A DNA stretch of 64,000 nt from Promethearchaeota archaeon (GCA_019058445.1 JAHPZA010000009.1:614410-678409), one strand, 5' to 3'; counted from the first letter of the stretch, positions 8,902 through 19,376 are shown. Program-made: numbers and translations. Notes: generated from the letters alone by a model not told the origin.

Positions 8902-10224
8902 TTATTTTTCCAATTTTTCAATGAATTTCTTTCTAGCTATTTTTTCTTCTTCTGTAAGTTGAACTTCTTCTCTAGTAACGAGTAACATAAACACTAGAGC
9001 TAAAATTAAAAATAATGCGCAAACCAAGAAGAAATAGGTAAATCCTATTACTTCAACTATCGTGCCAACAATACCAGGCCCTAGAATTGCTGCTGTATAC
9101 ATAAAAAAATAATATACTCCCGTATAAGTGCCTATTTTTTTTTCTGAAGGTGCTAAACTCCATAATGTTACTAACGTATTGATATTTACTAATGCATATC
9201 CGATTCCAATTAGAATTAAAACTATGAATAGAATCGCAGTTCCTTGGATAAGAAAAGCTAAAAGCATTGCTATTATGAAAATAACTAATCCTATCTTGAT
9301 AATTAATCTTCTTCCAAATTTTTCTGCTAAAATCCCTGATGGAAAAGCCACAAGTAAGAATACTATCGAAGCATATAAAAGCATACCCCCAGCAGCGCCT
9401 CTTGTCATTCCTAAAACCTCTGTACCGTATATTGTAAATAGGGCTCTGAATCCTTCATAGCCAATATATACACTAAAAATCGCTAATAACACTAAAAGGG
9501 TACTCTTATCTTTTTCAGAGGCAATATCTTTTAAACTTTCAATTAATCCCGGTCTTACAATGTCCTCTTTACTTTCTGCGCCTTCTTCTGTATCCATTTC
9601 TAAACATAATTGATAGGCATATGCATCTTGCTCTTTTACTGTTAAAAAGCCAATAATTAGTGTTATTATCATAATAACTGAAACTATAATGAATGCTAAC
9701 TGTAAACTCACATCGACAATAAGAAGACTTATCAATGCAGCAAATATCGCTCCAACACCTCCCATTAGATTAAGAATAGCATTTGCTTTGCCTCTGTGCT
9801 CAGTTTTAATAAAATCCGGAATTAGGGCCACTTGTTGGGTTCTATAGAAACACATTGCAATCATAAAACAGAATATAAACAAGAATAACATAAAGAAAGA
9901 TGTTTCAAAAGCTATAAGAGCAAAAAATATTGCTGCTATAGGAACTCCGATAATTAAATATGGCATCCTCCTCCCTAAGCGAGATCTAGTATTATCTGAT
10001 TTATTGCCCATAATTGGTTGTATTATTAAGCCAAGAAGATTATCTAAACCCAGGATGAGCCCTACAAGTGCTAATGAACCTAAATAAAAGTATAGACTGA
10101 TGGATACTTGGCTATCATACATTTCCCATGCTAGTATTGTAGGAAAAAACATTAAACCTATTAGAAAAGTATGTTTTAAATCAAACTTTTCTTTTTCTTC
10201 AGTTTCGGACATTTTAGAACTCAA
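8902..10224 (-). CDS. MFS transporter (SLC45/maltose-sucrose-like)
   Basis: About 12 TM; QPIMGNKSDNTRSRLGRRMPY; AEKFGRR. Confidence 0.9.
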   Translation of the reverse strand: MSSKMSETEEKEKFDLKHTFLIGLMFFPTILAWEMYDSQVSISLYFYLGSLALVGLILGLDNLLGLIIQPIMGNKSDNTRSRLGRRMPYLIIGVPIAAIFFALIAFETSFFMLFLFIFCFMIAMCFYRTQQVALIPDFIKTEHRGKANAILNLMGGVGAIFAALISLLIVDVSLQLAFIIVSVIMIITLIIGFLTVKEQDAYAYQLCLEMDTEEGAESKEDIVRPGLIESLKDIASEKDKSTLLVLLAIFSVYIGYEGFRALFTIYGTEVLGMTRGAAGGMLLYASIVFLLVAFPSGILAEKFGRRLIIKIGLVIFIIAMLLAFLIQGTAILFIVLILIGIGYALVNINTLVTLWSLAPSEKKIGTYTGVYYFFMYTAAILGPGIVGTIVEVIGFTYFFLVCALFLILALVFMLLVTREEVQLTEEEKIARKKFIEKLEK

Positions 10225-10303
10225 AATTGTTTTGTTTTAAATGAATTTTTAAATGAATATTTACTGCAACATTTGCTTTCTTTATTATTATAATTTTTAT
10301 TTT

Positions 10304-10699
10304 TTATCTCCAAAATTGATCATTTAAATTTTTTAAATATACAAGATGACTCACACAATTACAGTCAGAAGAGCCAAAGTTTTCAATAAAACCATCTGAT
10401 ATATTTAATAATTCTTGAGCAATGATACATTCTAATCTTTGGGAACTAGGAATTAAATATATTCTGATTAAGAGAGGAGTTTCTTGGAGTAAATAATCTA
10501 TATGCCAGTGAGTCTTTTTCTTTTCTGGAGGTAAAATATGTCTTTTTACTCTATTAATAAGCGTTGCTGAACCAGAAATCCCCATTGCAGATCCTATATA
10601 AAAATAGTATCCTTTTTTAAATGGAATTATCCCTAATGAGCCAACAGGTATTTTTTTATCTTCCTTAATATATATTACTAATATGTATGTTCCTTTCAT
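10304..10699 (-). CDS. DUF123 / GIY-YIG (Uri) family nuclease
   Basis: GTY...YIGSA, RVKRH, HWHIDYL, FGSSDCNCVSHL. Confidence 0.9.
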   Translation of the reverse strand: MKGTYILVIYIKEDKKIPVGSLGIIPFKKGYYFYIGSAMGISGSATLINRVKRHILPPEKKKTHWHIDYLLQETPLLIRIYLIPSSQRLECIIAQELLNISDGFIENFGSSDCNCVSHLVYLKNLNDQFWR

Positions 10700-10754
10700 T
10701 TAGGAAAGATAATAGTAAGTAATCAATAAATTGAATATAGTTAGGTTCTATTAT

Positions 10755-11126
10755 TTACTTTTTCAATTCTATAATTTTGCTTCTAAGGATTAGAATAATC
10801 AAGACTAATTGGAAACCAATCAAAAGATATAAAGTGAGGTCTATAAAAAAACTGGCATATACGGGCATTCCTAACCAAGATTTAATCCAACACTTCGAAT
10901 CACCATTTGTATAAAATAAGCAACTTGCTACTGAAAGATAAACAATATGAAATGCTAATGATAACATTATTACGGTGATTGCTAGGATTATTTTAACATA
11001 AAAGCTTATATCGGTTTTAGATTTTTCATTAGTCCTAACTTCATTTGAGTGTATATGCGAAGAGGAATCTATCCTTTCAATGCCTTGATTTGAAATTATT
11101 TCTTTTAAAGTCTTATTTTCAGACAA
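10755..11126 (-). CDS. Hypothetical two-TM membrane protein; start uncertain (in-frame ATG at 11240 beyond a TAG)
   Basis: Two hydrophobic helices with a Cys pair in the loop; TTG start in the track. Confidence 0.6.
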   Translation of the reverse strand: MSENKTLKEIISNQGIERIDSSSHIHSNEVRTNEKSKTDISFYVKIILAITVIMLSLAFHIVYLSVASCLFYTNGDSKCWIKSWLGMPVYASFFIDLTLYLLIGFQLVLIILILRSKIIELKK

Positions 11127-11487
11127 TAAAATATTATATTCGTTAAGATCAATCTAAATTAAGTTATTGTTTAATTTACTTCTGTATTCTGCTTGTTCTT
11201 CTTGAGTTGAAACTTTATCACTTATATTAGAACCACTCATGACTGAAAAAAAAAAAAGATTCTACTACCTAATAATATAAGTCATTAATTAATTCATTTT
11301 TATAAAACTGTAATGAAAAAATTGATTTTTCGTTATATTGCTATAAAATTGATCAAGGAAAATCTTATATTATAAACATGGATTTTCTAAAAGCAATTTA
11401 AATAAATCTCTAACTTAAAAAGATTTTAAAGTTGTTTTAATTATTTAAAATATTCATATAGCAATACTATAACTTATTGATGATAAA

Positions 11488-12630
11488 ATGAATGAGCTAT
11501 TCTTTTCTGAAAAACTTTACCGCATACAGAAAGAGGTTAGAGATTTCTTAATAAATGAATTAGAACCAATAAAAAATGATATTAATCGAGAAAACAAAAT
11601 TCCTCTTTCTTTCTTTAGAAAGATGGGAAAATATGGGATGATTGGACCATTAATCCCTAAAAAGCACGATGGTACAGAGTTAGGAATGATAGCTCATTGT
11701 ATGATAACTGAAGAGATTTCAAAAATTAATGTAAGCGCCTCAGTTACACGAACGCCATGTATCCTTGATGGATATTTACTTAATAGACATGGAAATGAAG
11801 AACAAAAAGAGAAATATTTAGGAAAAATTGCTAGTGGAGAAAAAATATGCAGTATTTGTGTTACTGAAGAAAATGCTGGCTCCAATGTGGCTGGGCTCAA
11901 ATCAACAGCCAGAAAGGAGGGAGATATTTACATTCTTAATGGTTCTAAAAAATTCATAACTAATGCAGGAATCGCAGACTATTACTTTATTTGGTGTATT
12001 ACAAATAAGAACGTTAATCCGAGAAATGGTATGAGCGTGTTTTTAGTTGGAAAAGATACTCCTGGATTAATTATTGAGAATCCTTATGGACTAATGGGAA
12101 TAAATGGAGTGTATAATGGAATTCTTAAATTTGAGAATATGGAAATTTCTAATGAGAACCTCATCGGAGAAGAGGGAAATGGATTTCAGAGTCTTATGGA
12201 AACTTTTAATGTGGAGAGGATTACGTTAAGCTCAGAATGTAATGGAATATCAATGGCAGCTTTAGAAGATTCTAAAGCTTATGCCAAAAAAAGGGTCCAA
12301 TTTGATAAACCAATATCTAAATTTCAAATTATTAGGTTCAAAATTGCTGAAATGGCTATAAAATTACAAGCTGCCAGACTCTTAACCTACAGCGCAGCAC
12401 AATTAGCTGAAATGAATAAAAATATAACCAAGGAAGCATCCATGGCAAAAGCTTTTTCAAGTAAAAGTGCTGTTGAAATCACTTCGGAAGCTGTTCAGAT
12501 TCATGGAGGGGATGGATATACAGACAATTATTCTGTCGAGAGATATATGAGAGATGCTAAATTTTTTATGATCGGGGGCGGAACTTCTGAAATACAGAAT
12601 CTCGTTATTGCTCGGGAAGAATTAAAATAA
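11488..12630 (+). CDS. Acyl-CoA dehydrogenase
   Basis: VTEENAGSN, LNGSKKFITNA, RVQFDKPI, QIHGGDGY, IGGGTSEIQ. Confidence 0.95.
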   Translation: MNELFFSEKLYRIQKEVRDFLINELEPIKNDINRENKIPLSFFRKMGKYGMIGPLIPKKHDGTELGMIAHCMITEEISKINVSASVTRTPCILDGYLLNRHGNEEQKEKYLGKIASGEKICSICVTEENAGSNVAGLKSTARKEGDIYILNGSKKFITNAGIADYYFIWCITNKNVNPRNGMSVFLVGKDTPGLIIENPYGLMGINGVYNGILKFENMEISNENLIGEEGNGFQSLMETFNVERITLSSECNGISMAALEDSKAYAKKRVQFDKPISKFQIIRFKIAEMAIKLQAARLLTYSAAQLAEMNKNITKEASMAKAFSSKSAVEITSEAVQIHGGDGYTDNYSVERYMRDAKFFMIGGGTSEIQNLVIAREELK

Positions 12631-12654
12631 ATAGTAAAGCTATTTATTTTCTAA

Positions 12655-13929
12655 ATGAGAATAATAAATATGAAAAAGATCACTGGCGTAAATATCTTAG
12701 ATGATGAGATACGAGATAAATTAATTACAAGAAATATCTATGAAATCTTCAATAATTTTATTATCCCCCTTATAACAAAAGAAGAACAAGATTTTCTCAG
12801 AGAATTGGAGGATTTTTTAATAAAAGAAGTAGAACCAAAAATAGATCTCAATAATGATGTATATGAACTTTTCCCTATTATTGCCAAAAAGAATTATATG
12901 CAGAGATTAAATCAATACGGAGATTCCGAAAGGTATGGGATGCGCTATGAAATCCTTCTTGCCATGGCCATGTCAATAATAGATCCTGAGCTAGATCTCG
13001 CTCGTGTAGTTTCAGGAGTTATCTTTGCTAATCCTTTATTTCAATTCGGGAAGAATGACCATCAACTAGAGATCCTAGATGAGATCATGACCGGAAAGAA
13101 AATAGGTTGTATTTGCATTACTGAAAAATACCACGGATCGGATGCCGTAAATATGGAAACTCAAATTCAAGAGGAGGAGGATCATGTAATTATTAATGGG
13201 GAAAAATTATATACCACTAATGGTTCTATAGCAGATTACTTTATTGTATACGGCGTGTCTAATCCACATGATCCTAGGGGATCTATGTATCAAGTAATTG
13301 CGGAACGAGAGTTTGAGGGACTTGAAACCCATAGGCTGGGAGTACAATCAATTCCAAGAGTAGAGATTGGGCAAACGATATTTAATAATGTGAAAATTCC
13401 GCGGGAAAATATCCTCGGAACAAGAGGTCAAGGATATAATAATCTTTTTTCTGGACTTGTGGCAGAACGGGATGCCATAATCGGCTCGAGCTTAGGAATT
13501 AGTTGGTTAACAGCAATAACCGCACTTATATATACAAATTGTAGGGTCCAGTTTGGCAGACCACTATATGATTTTCAAGCAGTCTCATTTCCGATAACTC
13601 AATTGTTTACTGAATTAATGGCGGCTACTGAGTTTGGATTTAAATCTGCGTCAGAATATCGGAAAACTCTTGAGCACTCCGATTTAAAGTTTATTAAATA
13701 TAATGCAGCATTTAGTTCTGGTACGAAATTTTATGCATCTAATCTAGCACATAAGATATCTTACGAAACCCAGCAATTATGCGGTGGAATCGCTTTCACA
13801 GATAATCTCCGAATAGACAAAGCTTTGGAAGTTAGTAAAGTTCAGGAAATAATCGGTGGGGCAAGAAATATCCAGCTTTATTTGGTTAGCAGAGCAATTA
13901 AAGATATATTCAAACGATTAGCGTTATGA
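12655..13929 (+). CDS. Acyl-CoA dehydrogenase family protein (divergent)
   Basis: ITEKYHGSD, INGEKLYTTNG, RVQFGRPL, QLCGG, IIGGARNIQ. Confidence 0.9.
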   Translation: MRIINMKKITGVNILDDEIRDKLITRNIYEIFNNFIIPLITKEEQDFLRELEDFLIKEVEPKIDLNNDVYELFPIIAKKNYMQRLNQYGDSERYGMRYEILLAMAMSIIDPELDLARVVSGVIFANPLFQFGKNDHQLEILDEIMTGKKIGCICITEKYHGSDAVNMETQIQEEEDHVIINGEKLYTTNGSIADYFIVYGVSNPHDPRGSMYQVIAEREFEGLETHRLGVQSIPRVEIGQTIFNNVKIPRENILGTRGQGYNNLFSGLVAERDAIIGSSLGISWLTAITALIYTNCRVQFGRPLYDFQAVSFPITQLFTELMAATEFGFKSASEYRKTLEHSDLKFIKYNAAFSSGTKFYASNLAHKISYETQQLCGGIAFTDNLRIDKALEVSKVQEIIGGARNIQLYLVSRAIKDIFKRLAL

Positions 13930-13949
13930 GAAAATAAGAAAAATTGATC

Positions 13950-14474
13950 ATGGAAATCAGGGCTCTAAAGAGAGAGGAAATAAACGACATACGAGATATC
14001 GACCGAAGCGAAATAATTAACCAATCATATTATTACAAAAACGACAAACTCGTGTTAAAAAAGAAATATTTTAATATCTCGGGATGGCATCCGAATGAAA
14101 TTGAAAGGACAATTGGCAATCTTTATGATCTCTATGATCGTAATGGATATTTTTTTGGTTTATTTTAAAAAGAAAAAATTGTCGGAATAGCTGCTTTAGA
14201 ATGTAAATTCATAGGAAGTAATAATAATCAACTTCAAGTTGTTTTCTTGCATATTGATAAAAATTATAGAAAAAAGGGATATGGAAAAAAATTAATGACC
14301 AAAACTATAGAAAAAGCAAAAGAATTGGGGGCTAAAAAGCTGTACATATCAGCCACTCCATCTAAAAATACTGTTAATTTTTACATGCATTTGGGCTGCA
14401 ATTTAGCTTCAGAAATAAATCCTGAATTATATCAATTAGAGCCTGACGATATCCATTTGGAAATGATTATTTAG
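13950..14474 (+). pseudogene. GNAT acetyltransferase interrupted by an in-frame TAA (14166-14168)
   Basis: ORFs 13944-14168 and 14247-14474 share a frame. Read-through gives YFFGLF*KEKIVGIAALE...LHIDKNYRKKGYGKKLM (acetyl-CoA motif A). Confidence 0.85.
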
Positions 14475-14532
14475 TATTAATAAAAGTTTTCTTCCATATT
14501 AATTAATTAAAAAAAAGGAGTTAGAAATTTTT

Positions 14533-15384
14533 TTAGTAATTATAAAAACCTTTTTTTGATTTTCTACCCAATAAATTGTCTTCAACCATCTCTTTTAGAA
14601 GAGGGCTCGGTTTATATTTTTCTCCTAAAGCTTCTCCTAGATACTCCCCAATATGAAAATATATATCATTCCCTACTAAATCTGAAAGCTCTAAAGGACC
14701 CATTGGAAAATTGAACGCTAATTTGCACGCAACATCGATATCTTCGGTACTAGCAATTCCTTCCATTTTCAATTTAACTGCTTCATTGCACAACACATAA
14801 ATAAGACGTGTGGTTACAAATCCTGGTGCGTCTTTTACAGTTACTACAGTCTTATTGAGACTCTCTGAAAATTGTTTTGATGTTGCAAAAACTTCTTCAG
14901 ATGTATTTTTACCCTTAATTAACTCAATTAATTTCATCACTGGTGCTGGATTAAAGAAATGAATACCTACAATCCTTTCCTGGTTATTAGATTTAGATGC
15001 TATTTCAGTAATGCTCAAGGAAGATGTATTAGATGCCAAAATAACGCTTTTATCGCAAATAGAATCTAATTCTGAAAATAACTTCTGTTTTAAATTCATA
15101 TCTTCAAACACAGCTTCAATTACCATTTGCACACCTTTAACCGCAGAATCTCTGTCAGGATTTAATTTAATTCGATTGAGAATATCACTTGCTTCTTCCG
15201 CTGTAATTTTATTTTTCACCACAAAAAATCTATCTAAATTCTTTTCAATAGCATTTTTTGCTTTTTTTAAAATATCCTCATTAACATCTACTAAGTTCAC
15301 TTCATACCCATGAGTTGCAGCTAGTTGCGCAATCCCATGCCCCATAATTCCTGCTCCAATTACACATATATTTTTTATTTCCAT
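14533..15384 (-). CDS. 3-hydroxyacyl-CoA dehydrogenase
   Basis: GAGIMGHGIA, IEAVFE, ASNTSSL, HFFNPAPVMKL, PMGP, GRKS..GFY. Confidence 0.95.
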   Translation of the reverse strand: MEIKNICVIGAGIMGHGIAQLAATHGYEVNLVDVNEDILKKAKNAIEKNLDRFFVVKNKITAEEASDILNRIKLNPDRDSAVKGVQMVIEAVFEDMNLKQKLFSELDSICDKSVILASNTSSLSITEIASKSNNQERIVGIHFFNPAPVMKLIELIKGKNTSEEVFATSKQFSESLNKTVVTVKDAPGFVTTRLIYVLCNEAVKLKMEGIASTEDIDVACKLAFNFPMGPLELSDLVGNDIYFHIGEYLGEALGEKYKPSPLLKEMVEDNLLGRKSKKGFYNY

Positions 15385-15392
15385 AACCCTCA

Positions 15393-16184
15393 CTATTTCC
15401 TAAATTGATTAAAATCTGCTTTACGTTTTTCTACAAATGCATTTCTTCCTTCTACGGCCTCATCAGTATCGTAATAAAGAGACAATCCACCAACTCCTAG
15501 TTGAGTAACACCTGTCACTCCATCAGTCTCAGCTAAAAAGGCATATTTAAGCATTTTCAGTGCTGTGGGGCTTTTTTCTAAAAGTTCTTGGCACCATTGG
15601 TTCACTTCCCCATCCAATTTTTCATAAGGTACAACTGCGTTCACAAGTCCCATTTCTAAGGCTTGCTGAGCAGTATATCGACGACAGAGATACCAAATTT
15701 CTTTTGCACGTTTAACCCCAACCGCTCTCATTAAATCACCAGTTCCATATCCCGGATCGAAAGAACCTACACGAGGACCTGCTTGCCCAAGTTGGGCATG
15801 CTCTGCAGCAATGCTAAGGTCACAATTGACGTGCCATACATGCCCTCCTCCAATTGCGTATCCGTTCACTCGAGCAATGACAGGTTTTGGCAATGTGCGG
15901 ATAAGAAGCGTTACACGCTGCCAACCGACTTCGAGAGGTAACATATATTTTCCTTTATACCCTCCTTTCTCCCGGGTGGTCTGATCTCCCCCAGTACAAA
16001 ATGCTTTTTCTCCGGCACCAGTAAATACTACAACACCAATTTCATTGTCCATACAGCGATTGAAAGCATCGATAAGTTCATGTACAGTTTGTTGTGTGCA
16101 CGCATTATATCGTTCTGGTCGATTAATGGTTATACGGGCAATTCTATCTTTTATTTCAAAAATTATTTCCTCATATTCACTCAT
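15393..16184 (-). CDS. Crotonase-fold MenB/BadI-like enzyme (DHNA-CoA synthase or cyclic beta-ketoacyl-CoA hydrolase)
   Basis: INRPE..NA, AFCTGGDQ, GYAIGGGHV, GPRVGSFDPGYG, EIWYLCRRY, YYDTDEAVEG. Confidence 0.88.
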   Translation of the reverse strand: MSEYEEIIFEIKDRIARITINRPERYNACTQQTVHELIDAFNRCMDNEIGVVVFTGAGEKAFCTGGDQTTREKGGYKGKYMLPLEVGWQRVTLLIRTLPKPVIARVNGYAIGGGHVWHVNCDLSIAAEHAQLGQAGPRVGSFDPGYGTGDLMRAVGVKRAKEIWYLCRRYTAQQALEMGLVNAVVPYEKLDGEVNQWCQELLEKSPTALKMLKYAFLAETDGVTGVTQLGVGGLSLYYDTDEAVEGRNAFVEKRKADFNQFRK

Positions 16185-16331
16185 CTTATTCAACTTCAAA
16201 ATATTATTGTATTAATTTCTGATGATTAATCACTAAAAATGATTCCAAAATATATAAAACAATCTTTATTGAAATCGAGTAGGATAATTATCTCATAAAA
16301 TTAGTTCAACATATAATGAGCAATTAGATCT

Positions 16332-16856
16332 TTAGAGATTCATTTTTTCCTTAATTTCATTTAGTATTTTAGGACCTGCCTGATTGATTTCAGTTAAAAC
16401 CTCACGTAATATGTCATTAATTTCAACCCCTTTCAATTCACATGCGATGTATAAAAGAGAAATTATCTCTTTAGTTAGCAATCGTATATTTCTTATATCA
16501 TTAATTGGAATTCTAATACCTAATGACTTTAAGTCTTGGGCTGTCTCATTGTCTAACTGTCTTATTGTAATTAATATGTCGTTCTTTCTGCCCTTCCATT
16601 CCTCCGTAATAGCCCGTATCGATAAAACGTACTTCTTCGTGGGACTTCCGATGCCGTTAACATCCTGAGCAAAATCTAAAGGTTCAGAATTTCTTAGAGA
16701 CTTTAGCCCAAAAGAACGGTTAAATTTGTTCAATTTATCAAACTTCCGCTTCATGAAAGAGATTTCATCAGTAAGCTGCTCTACTTTTAACGACAATTTT
16801 CCAAATTTTTCCAAAAATAGCTCCCTTAAATGCAAATTTTCCTCGCTTTGAGTCAT
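16332..16856 (-). CDS. Hypothetical protein with N-terminal coiled coil
   Basis: 174-aa ORF with AGGAGA ribosome-binding-like motif upstream. Confidence 0.75.
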   Translation of the reverse strand: MTQSEENLHLRELFLEKFGKLSLKVEQLTDEISFMKRKFDKLNKFNRSFGLKSLRNSEPLDFAQDVNGIGSPTKKYVLSIRAITEEWKGRKNDILITIRQLDNETAQDLKSLGIRIPINDIRNIRLLTKEIISLLYIACELKGVEINDILREVLTEINQAGPKILNEIKEKMNL

Positions 16857-17030
16857 GGTAATCTCCTTAAAATCTTCCGCATGATATTTTTTGCATAAAC
16901 TTTTATAAATCTAATTATTAAAATGTTAATCTTTCTTGGTTTTCTGATTTTTAGACAGAACAAAACCTTTAAAGATTTAAAAAAATAAAAAATTGATAAA
17001 AATTTTTGATTAAGATTTAGATTATTCTAC

Positions 17031-18038
17031 TTATTCATTCAGTTCTTTTTTCTCACTCTTCTTACTATTGGTTATAATGCCATAAAGTCCTGTTATAAAT
17101 AATAAGGGAATGAATAAAACAAAACTCCATATAGCACCGAATCTACTCGCGTCTATAACTGTAATTTCTGTAGCTCCAAATTCGTATGCTGCCTTAGAAA
17201 AGATTAGTAAGATTAAAATAGCATCAGCTTTAAGAAATTTTACTTTTTCACTGATAGTATCTGCTCTATCACCAATAAGTTTACTAATAGTATAAAGTAT
17301 AAGGAATAAATCAAAAAGATATAACGCTATTGTAACTGGTAAATTATATTCACTCTCAGATGAACTTAGATTAAAATAGACCATAAGCATTAAATATAAA
17401 GTATAAATAGCGACCAAAATAAAGAAAAATCCTAACCAGGCATTTAATTTTCCTCTTAATGCTAATATTCCACCTAAAACCGCAAAAAAAATGACGATTA
17501 CCGTTAAAATAAGAGCAAATACACCAAATGCAAATTGGATTTCAACGTCTCTATGTTGTAATGCTATGCCTAATCTTGTAATTGAAAGCATGATAATTAT
17601 AGCAAATATGGTTCCCCCTAAAAATACCAGCCATTTAAGCCACCTCCCCTCCGGTTCCCATGATATCCCAATCTGGTAACAAGAATACATCAAAAAAGTT
17701 GCAGTAATCGCGACATAAAACACTATACCAAATATAAAGAATCCTTGAAAAAGGATTGTTCCAATATACAACCTTACTATAAGTAAAAATGTAATTGCTG
17801 CTCCTATGATGAGATAGAGAATTATTTGTTTATGAGACAAATGTTTTAGATCAATTCGAAAAATTAGCGCGGCGATAAATAATACCATGCAGATGCCTAA
17901 AAGAACAACAAAAATATAAGTCCCATATCCAAGTAAGCCAAACTGAGCTAGTGTAAATCCAATTATTAATAATATAACGAGAATTAAGAAAAGCCTATTT
18001 TCCTTATCTATAATTTTTTTTAAATCAGAAAACACCAT
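17031..18038 (-). CDS. Hypothetical multi-pass membrane protein (paralog of 18174-19328)
   Basis: About 10 TM; shares several blocks with its neighbour. Confidence 0.8.
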   Translation of the reverse strand: MVFSDLKKIIDKENRLFLILVILLIIGFTLAQFGLLGYGTYIFVVLLGICMVLFIAALIFRIDLKHLSHKQIILYLIIGAAITFLLIVRLYIGTILFQGFFIFGIVFYVAITATFLMYSCYQIGISWEPEGRWLKWLVFLGGTIFAIIIMLSITRLGIALQHRDVEIQFAFGVFALILTVIVIFFAVLGGILALRGKLNAWLGFFFILVAIYTLYLMLMVYFNLSSSESEYNLPVTIALYLFDLFLILYTISKLIGDRADTISEKVKFLKADAILILLIFSKAAYEFGATEITVIDASRFGAIWSFVLFIPLLFITGLYGIITNSKKSEKKELNE

Positions 18039-18173
18039 GAAATGATATTAAAGCTACCCTTATTTAAAATTTGTTAAATATCACATTAATAGAAAAATAA
18101 AACACTCTTCTTTTTTTAATCAAAACTGAAAAGAAATAATAACTAAAATTATCTAAAAAAAATTAAAAAAAAA

Positions 18174-19328
18174 TTAATTTAATTCTGCTCCGCATTGTAA
18201 ACAGAATTTATCATTTTCACTATTGACAGCACCGCATTCTTTACAAAGAATTTGTTCGTCCTTGATTACACCTTCCTCTTTTGCTTCTTTTTCTAACTGC
18301 TGTATTTTTCCCTTCTGAGTGATTTCGTCATAATTACGAATTCCATAAATCGTCAAAATGATGAGGAGCGGAATAAATAAAACAAACACAGCAATAGATC
18401 TCCACACAGAAAGTTCAGATGCTTCAAGACCGCTAAGAAATGTATACATAGTGATACTAAATATTAACCACATTAAAATTGTATCTGCGCCAAAGATTCT
18501 TAATTTAGCTTTAAGAACATCTGATTTTTCTGCAATAAGACCCCCGATAGTATTAAGTAAGATAAAAAGATTAAAAAAGTAAAGTAAAATCTGGAGCGGA
18601 ATCGAAGACGCGCTAACTCCCCCCTCTGAAGTCTTTGTGTAAATAATTATCCCCATTAAGTATATTGTATAAATAGCAACCCAGACAAAAAATATGCCCA
18701 TCCAAGAATGTAGTCTGCCCTTTAAAGAGTGAAATCCTCCGATTATGCCAAAAAAGATGATAATGATGACTATAATTATGGCGGGCACCGTAGTACTAAA
18801 TCCAATAGCCTCCTGAACTCCACCCGTTACTGATTCTGTGATAATTATAGCGACTATAAGAGAAATAATAGAGATTACTATCCCGCCTATAAAAAAGCAC
18901 CATCTCTCAAAAGTTCGAACGCGTCCCGGTAATTTATAAAGATAAGAATCAATTTGAAGTCCAATTTTATAGAAATAATACATCGTGAAAATTGAAGTAA
19001 TTAATATATATGAGATTATTGCCAAAAAAAGAAAGATTATGAATAATGCAGCGAAAAAATTGAGATATATAAGTATTATAACTGTTAGAACAATGATAGT
19101 TATAATTAATCTTTTTCTTGACATATCTCTAAGCCTTTTCTTATAAGTCATAATAGAAATTAAGAATAATATGAATGAAAGCGCCGCCAAGAGAAAGAAT
19201 ACGACAAACCCTGCAATGTAAAGAACTTCAAATTGAAAGAATGTAAACCCGATAATAAGCCATAGAATGAGTATTAAATACAAACGATATTCTTTTTCCT
19301 TAAGCAATAGTAAATCTTTAAATGCCAT
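18174..19328 (-). CDS. Multi-pass membrane protein with C-terminal zinc ribbon
   Basis: About 10 TM; CKECGAVN...FCLQCG; GAGG upstream. Confidence 0.82.
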   Translation of the reverse strand: MAFKDLLLLKEKEYRLYLILILWLIIGFTFFQFEVLYIAGFVVFFLLAALSFILFLISIMTYKKRLRDMSRKRLIITIIVLTVIILIYLNFFAALFIIFLFLAIISYILITSIFTMYYFYKIGLQIDSYLYKLPGRVRTFERWCFFIGGIVISIISLIVAIIITESVTGGVQEAIGFSTTVPAIIIVIIIIFFGIIGGFHSLKGRLHSWMGIFFVWVAIYTIYLMGIIIYTKTSEGGVSASSIPLQILLYFFNLFILLNTIGGLIAEKSDVLKAKLRIFGADTILMWLIFSITMYTFLSGLEASELSVWRSIAVFVLFIPLLIILTIYGIRNYDEITQKGKIQQLEKEAKEEGVIKDEQILCKECGAVNSENDKFCLQCGAELN

Positions 19329-19376
19329 AGTTAATTTAACCTCGTTTTTATTAAAAAGTTAGAAATTAAGTTTGTA

